Shown here one piece after another: positions 43,740 to 54,070 of a stretch of 64,000 nt of DNA. This DNA comes from an uncultured Planctomycetota bacterium (GTDB taxonomy: Bacteria > Planctomycetota > Planctomycetia > Isosphaerales > Isosphaeraceae): NCBI GenBank assembly GCA_963823665.1, contig CAWGMQ010000005.1:448001-512000 (forward strand). Reading direction: 5' to 3'. The position numbers and the translations under genes are program-made. The stretch's first letter is position 1. Each line of letters begins with the position of its first letter. The notes beneath the pieces were generated by a model. That model was not told the origin of the DNA. It worked only from the letters and a program-made list of their open reading frames with translations, and did no database searches.

Positions 43740-45011
43740 TCAATCAGCGCTCGTTTTCCCCTCTCGCGCAGGCGGGATGATGCTCGGCAGCTCGAGCCGC
43801 CGCCCACCGGACCCTCGCAGCATTTGATGCTTCGCCTGCGTCGTCTGTGAGAGCCCATGGATCTTGATGAACCCAAGCGCGGCCGACGAGTCGTACTGGT
43901 CCCCTTCCTCGTACGTCGCCAGCTCGTGGCGATACAGGCTGTGCTCACTCTTGCGGCCGACTACCTGCGCATGACCCTTGTAAAGCTTGAGCCGGACCGT
44001 CCCCGAAACATACTGCTGGTTCGAAACGGTGAACGCCATCAAGTCCTGGTGAAGCTGGCTGAACCAGAGACCATTGTAGATCAAGTCCGCATAGGCCTGG
44101 CTCACCAGCGTCTTGAAGCGGAGCGACTCCTTCGAGAGCGTCAAGAACTCGAGCTCGCGATGGGCCTCATGCAAGAGCACCGCCGCCGGCGCCTCGTAGA
44201 TCTCGCGCGATTTGATCCCGACCAGCCGGTTCTCGATGTGGTCGATCCGCCCGATTCCATGCTTCCCCGCGAGCAAATTCAGCTCACCAATCAGTTCCAC
44301 ACCGTCAAGCTCGCGTCCCCCCAGGGCAACCGGCTTGCCCCTTTCAAAGCCGATCTCGACTTCCTCCGCCCCCTCCGGCGCCAGCGCCGGGTCGGTCGTC
44401 CATTGAAAAGTCTCCGGCGGCGGCTCGACCCATGGATCTTCAAGTATGCCCGCCTCGATCGACCGCCCCCACAGGTTCTGGTCCGTACTGAAAATCGATT
44501 TCTTGGTGGCTTCAACCACAATCCCATGCTTCGCGGCGTACTCGAGCTCCTGCGTCCGCGTCCACTTCCATTCGCGCACCGGGGCGATGATCTTCAGCTC
44601 CGGCGCCAGCGTCTGAAACGTGACATCGAATCGGACCTGGTCGTTCCCCTTGCCCGTGCACCCATGCGCCACCGCGCTGGCACCATGCTCCCTCGCTACG
44701 CGCACCATCAATTGCGCAATCAGCGGCCGGCCCAGCGCCGTCGCCAGCGGATACTTCCCTTCGTAAAGCGCGCCCGCCGCCAGCGACGGAAACACGAAGT
44801 AATCGATGAACAAGTTGCGAGCGTCTTCCGCGAAGGCTTCCACAGCCCCGGTCCGCAGCGCCTTCTGCCTGATCGCCTCGATGTCCTGCCCCTGCCCCAG
44901 GTCGCAGGTGTAGGCGATCACATCCATGTTGTACGTTTCGTTGATCCACTTCACGGCGACCGAAGTGTCCAGCCCGCCGCTGTATGCCAGAACGACTTTC
45001 TCTCTCGCCAC
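43740..45011 (-). CDS. argG: Argininosuccinate synthase
   Basis: VVLAYSGGLDTS, AHGCTGKGNDQVRF, DQNLWGRSIE, ENRLVGIKSREIYE. Confidence 0.97.
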   Translation of the reverse strand: MAREKVVLAYSGGLDTSVAVKWINETYNMDVIAYTCDLGQGQDIEAIRQKALRTGAVEAFAEDARNLFIDYFVFPSLAAGALYEGKYPLATALGRPLIAQLMVRVAREHGASAVAHGCTGKGNDQVRFDVTFQTLAPELKIIAPVREWKWTRTQELEYAAKHGIVVEATKKSIFSTDQNLWGRSIEAGILEDPWVEPPPETFQWTTDPALAPEGAEEVEIGFERGKPVALGGRELDGVELIGELNLLAGKHGIGRIDHIENRLVGIKSREIYEAPAAVLLHEAHRELEFLTLSKESLRFKTLVSQAYADLIYNGLWFSQLHQDLMAFTVSNQQYVSGTVRLKLYKGHAQVVGRKSEHSLYRHELATYEEGDQYDSSAALGFIKIHGLSQTTQAKHQMLRGSGGRRLELPSIIPPAREGKTSAD

Positions 45012-45079
45012 CGCACTCTCTCCTCAAGCAGATTTACAGTGATTGTGCATTTGTATGCGAACGTGTTGTTTCGGGAATC

Positions 45080-46911
45080 TCAAAGCGCGAACGCTTTCTT
45101 CAAGCACTCGAGGCCTTCGCGCCCCCGGCCGATGTCGGTGCCGACGTTGATCCGCACCTCGCTCGTATTGATCAGGTTGATGTTGATCCCCCGCTCGGCC
45201 AGCGCCGCAAACATGCGGTTGGCGACCCCCGTGTGCGTGCGCATCCCCACGCCCACAACCGAGAGCTTGGCCAGCACCGGTTCTACCGAAACCTCGGCAA
45301 TACCCGCCTTCCGAACAGCCTCCACCGCACGGTCGGCCGAGCCTTGCGGCACTGTGAAGGAAAGTAGCGAGTCTCCCTCCATCGCCACGTTCTGAACGAT
45401 CATATCGACGAACACACCCGCCTTGCCGATCGCGCGGAAGACCATCGCGGCATAGCCCGGTCGGTCCGGCACGTGAAACAGCGAGACGCGCGCTTGCGAT
45501 TCGTCGAGATCGACCCCGCCAATCACCAGGTCCTCCATCCCCAGCGGCCGCGGCCCGCCCGTTGCCCCCTCGCCGCCTGCCTTTCCACCACTAGCCGGCT
45601 CCGCCTCCGCGTCAACCAGCGGCACCAGCTTCATCGCGCGGGGCTTGTCGCCCGACGGTGACCCGGGAATAAACGTCGACGATGCACCGTTCAATTTCTC
45701 GAGTGCAAACGCCTGGTGCGCCACTCGCAAGGCCGCCGCCCCCGACGCCCGATCCACCAGCACGCTGATCTTGATCTCACTTGTCGTGATCATCTGAATA
45801 TTGATGCCGGCCGAGGCCAGCACCTCGAACAGCGTCGTCGCCACGCCGGTATGCGTGCGCATCCCCAGCCCGACCACCGAAACCTTGGCGACCTCCGCAT
45901 CGTGCGTCACCGACGCCGCCCCGATCTCCCGCGAGGCTGCCTCCGCCGCACGCAGCGTCTCCGGCAAGTCCCCCTTCGCAACCGTGAAACTCACTTCCGT
46001 CTTGCCGCCCCGCGAAACGTTCTGAACGATCATGTCCACCACGATCTTCGCCGCCGCGATCGTGCGGAAGATCGCATGGACCACCCCCGGCCGGTCGGGC
46101 ACGCCTCGTATCGTGATCCGCGCTTCATCCTTCGCAAGTGCCGCTCCCGTCACCGGCGCACCCAGCCGCTCGGCCTCCCGCTCGTCCACAATCCACGTCC
46201 CCGCCGCGTCCGAAAACGAGCCTCCGCACGTGGATCGGCACACCGTACTTCTTCGCAAATTCGATCGACCGCGAATGCATCACGCCCGCGCCCAGGCTCG
46301 CCAGCTCCAGCATCTCGTCATAGCTGATCCGGTCGATCTTCCGCGCTTCCGGAACGATCCGCGGGTCCGTCGTGTACACACCGTCGACATCGGTGTAGAT
46401 CTCGCATCCGGCCGCGCCCAGCACGGCCGCCAGCGCAACAGCCGTCGTGTCCGACCCGCCCCGGCCCAGCGTTGTGATGTTGTAGTGCTCGTCCACCCCT
46501 TGAAATCCCGCGACAATCACGATCTTCCCATCCCCGAGCGCCTGCACCATGCGCTCGGTCGAAATGTTCCTGATCCGCGCCTTGGTGTGGAAGCTGTCGG
46601 TGACCAGCCCGATCTGCGCACCCGGTGAAACTGATCGCCGGCACGCCCAGGCTGCCGATCGCCATCGCCATCAAGGCCACGCTCACCTGCTCGCCCGTCG
46701 CCAGTAGCATGTCCATCTCGCGGGCCGGCGGGCTCTCGGTGATCTCCTTGGCCAGCTCGATCAGCTCGTCTGTCGTGTGCCCCCGCGCCGAAACCACGAC
46801 CAGCACCTGGTCGCCGCGATTGTGAGCCTGTATCGCACGCCTCGCCGCCGCCAAGATCTTGCCCGAATCGGCCAGGCTCGTCCCACCAAATTTTTGAACC
46901 AGTAAAGACAC
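45080..46911 (-). CDS. lysC: Aspartate kinase with four ACT domains (two frameshifts near 46620 and 46225, probably sequencing errors)
   Basis: [37 protein letters not shown], and repeated ACT motifs ([15 protein letters not shown]) spread over three frames. Confidence 0.92.
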
Positions 46912-46977
46912 GTTGATGTCCTGGATGCGCGTGGACTGGGTTAAGCAATGTTGGACAACAATTCGTAGAGCACAAGC

Positions 46978-48213
46978 TCAGCTCACATTCCGCCCATCCC
47001 AGCCAAGGTCGAGAAATCGGCTCATGAGCTGATGACCTGACTCGAAGAACGGCCCGCCCCCCGAGAGCGCGGCGGCTTCGTCATAGGTGCTCCCGGAAGC
47101 GGGCAGCCCCGTGCCGGCCATCGCCCAGGCCACCGGCGCACGGTCGTGCGCCCGCGTCCTCAGCAATGTGGAATGGTCCGGCGAGATCAAGATGCGCCAC
47201 CGATCATACGCGGCCAGCGCACCTCGCAACGGGCCGACAACGTCCTGATCAATCCGTTCCAGCGCCTCAACCTTCGCCCCGTGCCGCCCCTCGTGGCTCG
47301 CCTCATCCGGCGCCTCCACGTGCACGCATACGATGTCGTGATCGACCAGCGCCTGGATCGCATACCGCCCCTTGGCCGCGTAATCCGTGTCGAGGTAGCC
47401 GGTCGCGCCGGGAACATCAACGCGAGTCCACCCAGCAAGCTGGCCCACCCCTCGCACCAGATCGACAGCCGAGATGATCGCCCCTTGTAACCGATGAAGC
47501 TCAAGGAATCGGGGAACACTCGGCGCCTTCCCCTGCCCCCACAGCCAGATCGCATTCGCCGGCGATTTTCCAGCTTTGATCCGTGCCTGATTCACCGGAT
47601 GGCTAGCAAGGATCGCCGACGCCGCGGCCATCAATTCCTTGAGTAACCCCGCCCCCGGCCCGCGCGGCAAGTGCGAAGAAGCCGGCGCACCAGGATGATC
47701 GTGCGGCGGATCGGTAACAGTCTCGTCCGTGAACGGCTCTTCCCCGGGCCGCCCGCGATAAAGCAACAAGTTGCGATAGCTCACACCCGCCCGGAACTCG
47801 ATGTTCGGCCTACCAAGGGCAGCCTGAATTGCCCCGATAAGGGCCGCCCCCTCCTCACTCGTGATATGTCCCGCCGTGAAATCCGTGAGCTTACCGTCAA
47901 GTATGGTCATCAGGTTGCATCGAATCGCCCAGTCGTCCGGCCTCAGGCTGATGCCCATCGCCGCCGCTTCCAGCGGAGCCCGCCCCGTGTAATACCGCTC
48001 CGGGTCATATCCCAGCAAACTGAGCGTCGCCACGTCACTCGCAGGCAAGAACCGATCCGGCACATTGCGTGATCGGCCCACAATCCCGCTCGCGGCAATC
48101 GCATCCATCTCCGGAATCCGCGCCGCTTCGAGCGCCGTACGGTCCCCGAGCGCCGCAAACGGCTCGTCCGCCGCGCCGTCAGGTATCACGATGACAAACT
48201 TGGTGCTGGCCAT
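46978..48213 (-). CDS. ApgM-like cofactor-independent phosphoglycerate mutase family protein
   Basis: IPDGAAD, ASDVATLSLLGYDP, GRAPLEAA, HVEAPDEASH, ISPDHST...H (AlkP superfamily metal ligands). Confidence 0.88.
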   Translation of the reverse strand: MASTKFVIVIPDGAADEPFAALGDRTALEAARIPEMDAIAASGIVGRSRNVPDRFLPASDVATLSLLGYDPERYYTGRAPLEAAAMGISLRPDDWAIRCNLMTILDGKLTDFTAGHITSEEGAALIGAIQAALGRPNIEFRAGVSYRNLLLYRGRPGEEPFTDETVTDPPHDHPGAPASSHLPRGPGAGLLKELMAAASAILASHPVNQARIKAGKSPANAIWLWGQGKAPSVPRFLELHRLQGAIISAVDLVRGVGQLAGWTRVDVPGATGYLDTDYAAKGRYAIQALVDHDIVCVHVEAPDEASHEGRHGAKVEALERIDQDVVGPLRGALAAYDRWRILISPDHSTLLRTRAHDRAPVAWAMAGTGLPASGSTYDEAAALSGGGPFFESGHQLMSRFLDLGWDGRNVS

Positions 48214-48268
48214 GGATGAGGTTTCAAAGATGATTTACTTCTACTTACTGCTTACTTCGCCACGACGC

Positions 48269-48709
48269 TCAGGGAGTTTTCACTCCCGAAGCCTGAAGCA
48301 CCGCGTCGTCTTGCGACCTGTCCATGCTGGCAGGCGCATCAGGAATCGGCGGCCGCGTTAAATGGAAACGCGCCTCGGTCCACTCCGCCGCCTTCTCGAA
48401 TCGGTTGGCTTGCTTCTCGCACTTATCTTCCCACACCTTCACTCGCTCGAGCTCGCGTTTCGTTCGCTTGAGCCGGTGAAATTCCCCGGTCGCCGCATAG
48501 GCATTCGACTCGCTGTTCAGCGTCACTTCGTCCACCCTGGCCTTCTCGCCGGATTCCCTCCAGTTATACGCCATCTGGCGGTAATACGCATCAACGTCCT
48601 CGGCCATGGAGGCGCAGCCCGCCATTCCCAGGGCCGTTAGAAAGAGCGCAGGAAGGAACAGCCACGGCCTCGTGCCCGGACGAGGCGCCTCCGGAAGACT
48701 GGTTGACAT
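48269..48709 (-). CDS. Putative lipoprotein
   Basis: Hydrophobic stretch ending in lipobox-like MAGC, followed by a helical charged region. Confidence 0.65.
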   Translation of the reverse strand: MSTSLPEAPRPGTRPWLFLPALFLTALGMAGCASMAEDVDAYYRQMAYNWRESGEKARVDEVTLNSESNAYAATGEFHRLKRTKRELERVKVWEDKCEKQANRFEKAAEWTEARFHLTRPPIPDAPASMDRSQDDAVLQASGVKTP

Positions 48710-48837
48710 CGCCACGACCTCCCTGTCGTTGGTTCTGTCTCGACCCGTGGATTTGCTCCACTTGTTGAAGCGCCGAATCCATCCGGCGCATATTCGCAGT
48801 CGTGGCATATTAAGATGGATGAGCAAACCTGACAATC

Positions 48838-50142
48838 TCAGTCTTCGACGCCCAGGCAGACGCTGGCTGCATGCACGGCATCAAGCCGGTCGATGTCGGA
48901 GAGCGCCGCGTACAGATCGGCTTGGACTGCAAGATGGGTCATGATCACCAGGGGTACAGGGCTTCCGTCGGGCTCGTCGTCTCCCGGGTCGTGCTGGATC
49001 AGGCTCGCAATGCTGATCCCCTGCTCTCCCAGTATCTTCGCCAGCCTGGCCAGCACACCCGGTCTGTCTGCGATGGTAAACCGGAGATAATAGCGAGACT
49101 TGACCTGACTGGCAGGTGTGAGGGAGATCGGGGAGAGCACTTCGCCGCCATTGAAAGTGTTTTCGGCGGGCGGCCTGGCCCGTCCGGTGACGACGTCGAT
49201 CAGGTCGCCGACGACCGCCGAAGCCGTCGGCATCGCACCGGCTCCCCGGCCGTAGAACAGCGTATCTCCCACGGCGTCCCCGACCACGCGAATCGCGTTA
49301 TAAGGTCCGCCAATCTCCGCCAGCGGCCGCCCGTGTTTAACGAGTGTTGGCGCCACCCGGAGTTCGAGCCCCGCGCTCGAGAGCTTGGCGAGTGCCAGCA
49401 GCTTGATGGCGTATCCCAGCTCACCCGCGTACTTGAGATCGGCGAGCGCGAGTGAGTCGATCCCCTGCCGCGGGATCTCGTCTGGCCGCACCTGCGTCTC
49501 GAAAGCAAGCTGAGCGAGGATCGCCAGCTTATGAGCGGTGTCGGTTCCATCGACGTCGAGCGTAGGGTCCGCCTCGGCGTAGCCCAGCTCTTGCGCCTTC
49601 CGCAGCGCATCCTCATAAGGAAGCCCCTCGCTCGTCATCCGGGTGAGCACATAATTGCACGTGCCGTTCACAATGGCGGCGATGCTCTGCACCTGGTTGG
49701 CCGCGAGTGCAAAGCCGAGCGCCTGCACGATCGGTATCCCGCCGCCGACGCTCCCCTCGAAAGCGACCGCCCGGTGTGATGCCCGGGCCTGGGCAAAGAT
49801 CCTCGGCCCATATTCCGCCAGGAGTGCTTTATTCGCCGTGACAACGTGCTTGCCCGCCTTGAGTGCCGAGAGAACGTACTCGATCGCCGGCTCGATCCCA
49901 CCCATGGTCTCGATAACGACCTCGACCTCGGGATCGTCGATTATTTGGCGAACGTCCGTGGTGAGCTTGACGCCCTCAAGCGATACACCGCGCGCCTTCC
50001 GCAGATCGCGCACCGCGGCCCACTTCCACCGCACGGCCCTGCCCGCGCGCCGCCTGATGCGGTCCGCATGTTCGGTCAACAGCCGAGCCACCCCGGTCCC
50101 CACCGTCCCCAGCCCGATCAACCCGATCGTGACCTCGTGCAT
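48838..50142 (-). CDS. hom: Homoserine dehydrogenase with C-terminal ACT domain
   Basis: GLIGLGTVG, HVVTANKAL, EGSVGGGIP, NGTCNY, AQELGYAEADPTLDVDGTD, GRGAGAMPTASAV. Confidence 0.96.
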   Translation of the reverse strand: MHEVTIGLIGLGTVGTGVARLLTEHADRIRRRAGRAVRWKWAAVRDLRKARGVSLEGVKLTTDVRQIIDDPEVEVVIETMGGIEPAIEYVLSALKAGKHVVTANKALLAEYGPRIFAQARASHRAVAFEGSVGGGIPIVQALGFALAANQVQSIAAIVNGTCNYVLTRMTSEGLPYEDALRKAQELGYAEADPTLDVDGTDTAHKLAILAQLAFETQVRPDEIPRQGIDSLALADLKYAGELGYAIKLLALAKLSSAGLELRVAPTLVKHGRPLAEIGGPYNAIRVVGDAVGDTLFYGRGAGAMPTASAVVGDLIDVVTGRARPPAENTFNGGEVLSPISLTPASQVKSRYYLRFTIADRPGVLARLAKILGEQGISIASLIQHDPGDDEPDGSPVPLVIMTHLAVQADLYAALSDIDRLDAVHAASVCLGVED

Positions 50143-50342
50143 TATTTGATTTCACCCATTCCTGCCCGACCCTCCAGACATCGATGCCAGCGCCCGGAAA
50201 ATGATAGCAAACGAGAACCAAATGAGACTAATCCGATACTCCCGACTCTTCACTCCCGCCGTTCGCCTTTCCCTCCGCGAAAGTGCGAAGCCCCCGCCCT
50301 TTCACTCCCTAAGTCGGCACGGGCCTCGCACATACAAACGAT

Positions 50343-52716
50343 TCACGGCGACCGCGGCCCGTATTTCCGAAGAAACGCGACCGCGTTCGGCAACAGCCCC
50401 TGAACGCTGTCGAGTATCTCGCCTACCGAAACATCGGGTTGACTCGCGATCACCCCGCGCCGGCGCTCAAACTCCTGCTTCGCCATTTCACGTCGCCGCG
50501 CCCTTTCACGTCCCCGCCGCCGTCTCTCCCGCTTGGAAACCGGCTCCGGCGCCCGAGACGGCACAACACAACCCTCTTCGCCCAGAGACGCCGAAAGCTC
50601 ATCACCGCCGACGTCCTCCTGGCAGCCTGTCTCCCCCCCTCCGTGTCTCCCGGCCGCCAAAGGTTCGGTCTGCGCGTCGCCCGCTGCCTCGCCTGGTTCG
50701 TCGTCCACGATTTCGTTTTGTATATTCGTCGCGGGGTCTTTCTCTGTAAGGGTTAAGGAAACGAAATCGCCCAGCCCAACTTGTCCGGAATCCGTGGCCG
50801 CGTGCTCAATTTCCGCCTCCGTGTGGCCCTGGCCCCGCTGCGTGTGACCCTCAGTTCGGCGCGGGTCTCGGGCACCCGAAGGGTCGCCGCCGTCCCCCTC
50901 GGAAGTTTCAGTTCGGCGCGGGTCTCGGGCACCCGAAGGGTCGCCGCCGTCCCCCCGACCGAAGGTCTCCTTTCGCCCCCCGCCGTCCCCCTCGGAAGTT
51001 TCAGTTCGGCGCGGGTCTCGGGCACCCGAAGGGTCGACGCCGTCCCCCCTACCGCAGGTCTCCTCTTGCCCCCCACCGTCCCCGGGATCACTTCCCCCTG
51101 TCTCGCATGCACCCAAAACGTCCCCGCCAACCACGCGATCACCCGCACCTTCCACCACCCCGATGTCATTCGTCCCCAACCCGTCGATTTCGTTTTGTAT
51201 ATTCGTCTCAAGCTCTTGTCCCGTAAGGGTTAATGGAACGAAATCGCTCAGCCCAGCCTGTCCGAAATCCGTCGCCCCATCCTGGCTTTCCGCCCGGGTC
51301 AGGGCGTCCTGTTTCATCGCGCTGTCATCCGCCACCTCATCCACCCGATTGGTCGCCGACGCTTCCTGAACGCCACCATTCCCCGCCTCCGTCTCACACG
51401 CCCGACCGGCAATCGCTTCTGTATGTCCCTGGCTCTGCACGTGCGCAGCCTTCGCGCCCACATCACTCGGGCTGCCACCTGCGTAGCGCGCCACCACCGT
51501 CAGACGCACGCCAATACGGACTCTCACAAGGCTGCGGCCCGCGCTCCGCCTTCCAGCGAGCCAACCCCGCCTCGAGGTCGCCGTCATACCCCTGGGCATC
51601 GCGCACGGTCCCACGCTCGTCAAGCACAAACCGCTCATCGTGCATGATCCCGCGTCGTGCTAGCGCTTTCCTCCGTTCTCGGTCCCGGCGCACCTTCTCC
51701 CACCCGTCCTCGTCCCAGCGGTGCCATCTCTTGATCGTGTCGAGGTTCCGAATCACCAGCCGGTTGGAGCTCTCAAGATGACGCTCAATCTGCCCGACGT
51801 TCTTGACCTCCGCATCGCTCACAGTATTGGTTTCGACCATCTCGAGAATCTCGTCGCCTTCCGCGGCCTCGGCTTCGAGCCTCCACAGCCGCTCAATCGC
51901 CTGGTCGATGATCTCCAGCAGCACGGCCCGTCCAGCCGCTGCATTCGCCGGCGTGAGCGCGCGTAGCTCCGGGCGCGAGAGCTGGCCCTCATAAAACTTG
52001 ACCCGGTCATAGTGGATCTCGCACCGTAGCTCGCGGAAGGCGGACTTGAAGACCGGCCTCATGGCATGGCTCGCAAGGAACACCAAGGCGGCCTCTCGAT
52101 CAAAGAGCGCGTCGAGCGGCTGCTTGCCCAGTAAACGGGCGGCCGTGAGTTTTTGACAGGAGACCCATCCCTCTCCCGAATCAATCGGCTTCCTCACCTC
52201 GCCTAGGCGGTCCAGCAGCCAGCGTCGGCCGGCGCGCGTCGCTTCAAGCTGGATGACCAACCTGCGCGGCTTATCCGGGTCATCGGCTACCCCCGAATCG
52301 GAGGTCCGCGGCTGCTTGTGCTCATAGTCCCCCGATGGATAGAGCTGCGATGGTCCCCTGCGGTCAAAGAGCAAGCGGTCGCCCAGCCCCTCTGCCGCCA
52401 GTGTCTCCTCAGCCGCCTGCGCCCGCGATCGCCGCACGATATCGCCGGTCACGCGGTTAACTTCCAAGCGGTTAGCACGCTCGGCCCGCCAGCAAGCCAT
52501 CGCTGCCAGCTTGGCCAGATCTGCCTCGGCTTGATTTCGAACCTGATGACTCGTTGTGTACGCATCAATCTTCGCCTGAAGCTCCGCCGGATCCTCCCCC
52601 GGCAGAACCGGCGTCTTCGCCGTAAGTCCATGCTTGATTGCATTGAACCGCGAGCCATTTCCCGTACGAGCAACTGGACCGCCCGTTTCAACCGCCGCCG
52701 CAGCTTGCAAGTTCAT
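50343..52716 (-). CDS. Uncharacterised 'NAIKHGL' protein, copy B (frameshift near 51490)
   Basis: ORFs 51463-52776 and 50343-51638 join into a full-length paralog of 18749-21760. ATG 52716 aligns with ATG 18749. Confidence 0.78.
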
Positions 52717-52885
52717 AAGCTCACCATGACCATATCTTTGCGACAAAAGCCAGACAGTTTCCCCACAGTCCGTCACGCGAATGCCTTATATTTGCACCTC
52801 TGACGGGCAGATGACCGATCTCACGCGCTTGCACGACCACCCGTGCCGAGGACGCGGCATCCCCGATCAGCTACGTAGACTCCAC

Positions 52886-52914
52886 AATATAGGTCATCAT
52901 TGCCGCATAGGCAA
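52886..52914 (-). promoter_or_regulatory. Sigma70-type promoter of NAIKHGL unit B
   Basis: TTGCCT-N17-TATATT on the minus strand, homologous to 18249-18277. Confidence 0.75.
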
Positions 52915-53074
52915 AAAATACTGCCATAAAAATTGCGGAGCTCCGCGAATCCCGTTCGATTGAGTCGATCGCATATGGCCCCGACGCGTCAGCGACGCCA
53001 TCGCCGTAGGGTGGGTGCAACCCAACGCCTTCGCGACCTGGCAATCACCCGCCAACCCCCGGCAATTCGTCGTT

Positions 53075-53838
53075 TCAGCCCACAGTAGGCGCAGGCCCGG
53101 CAATCAGCGCGACGGGAAAGCTTCGCTTGAACTTGGGCCAACCGTTAGCGTCCCCCTGAACGACAATCGCCCAGGTCACCGACCGCTCCGGCGACCAGGT
53201 TTGCGTCACGGCGTCAGCGGGTATGGAGACCGTCCACTGTCGGCGATAGTGCGTGTTCACGTTGATCACCAGCGCGCCAGGCGGCGCGATCTCGACCACG
53301 CACACGGGCCGTGACTGCACGTACGGTTGAACGGTCGTTCCCTGGGCGTTGTACGGGTCGGGAGCCGTGCCCCAGGTAACGCTATGTTCCTCACCGACCA
53401 GATCGACTCGCCATGTCTTGCTGCGCAACGGTCCGGCCTGCGTGACGAAGACTTCGACAGCTTGTCCCGGCTGGAGCGGATTGGCTGAAATCTCCACGAT
53501 CGTGGGTGCGACAACCAGCGCAACGCGAGCTCTGCGACACACTTTAAAAGAATCCACAACCCAAACCCGCTGATGAACAAGGCAACCGCCCCCAGCAGTA
53601 GGCCAAACACGATCGATTCTCGGAATAGCGCCAAAGCCAAGAAACCAAGCCCAACGCCCCCGACCGAGATGATCGCGAAGCCGAGCAGCATGACGACGAG
53701 CCCCCGCCAAAAGCTGGGGCGAGCGTCAGAAAGCCGGAACGCCAGCGTATCGCCCGATCGCACCATTTCGATGTCCTGACTCCTGACCTGCAAGCTCGTC
53801 GAAAAAACGCCCGACTCTCCGGTTGGCGCTCTCCCCAC
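53075..53838 (-). CDS. Hypothetical membrane protein (two TM helices plus a beta-rich domain; frameshift near 53520)
   Basis: ORFs 53266-53838 (TM part) and 53075-53710 (PTIVEIS..PLQPG...WAIVVQG...WPKFKRSFPV) join. A decayed paralog lies at 57678-57960. Confidence 0.6.
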
Positions 53839-54070
53839 CCGCAGGCACGATTATCGATCAACAACGCTAGCTCAGCCAAGGCCACCCGACCCCAGTGCCC
53901 TCCTCAGAAATGATCTACAAAACCCCAATTCCTTTTACGCGAATCCGAGTCGATCCCAAGATTTATTTGTCCCAGCGCCCGCACAACCCGACCTGGCAGT
54001 CACCCACCAACAGTCCCCAAGCCGAGCTTCGAGACCATTTCCCCGCTCCCCCATTGTCGCCCTTCGCTCC

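Noticed and set aside
38402..45395. Long antisense ORFs (for example 38402-39922, 43857-45395, and also 7029-8339, 25318-26556, 62871-63731)
   Set aside because: These are shadow frames of well-supported genes in high-GC DNA, with no recognisable motifs.
24919..46911. Frameshifts in pyc, lysC and the ECF sigma as programmed frameshifting or true pseudogenes
   Set aside because: Single-base shifts are scattered over many unrelated genes, including housekeeping ones, with no consistent slippery motif. Uncorrected sequencing indels are the simplest explanation.
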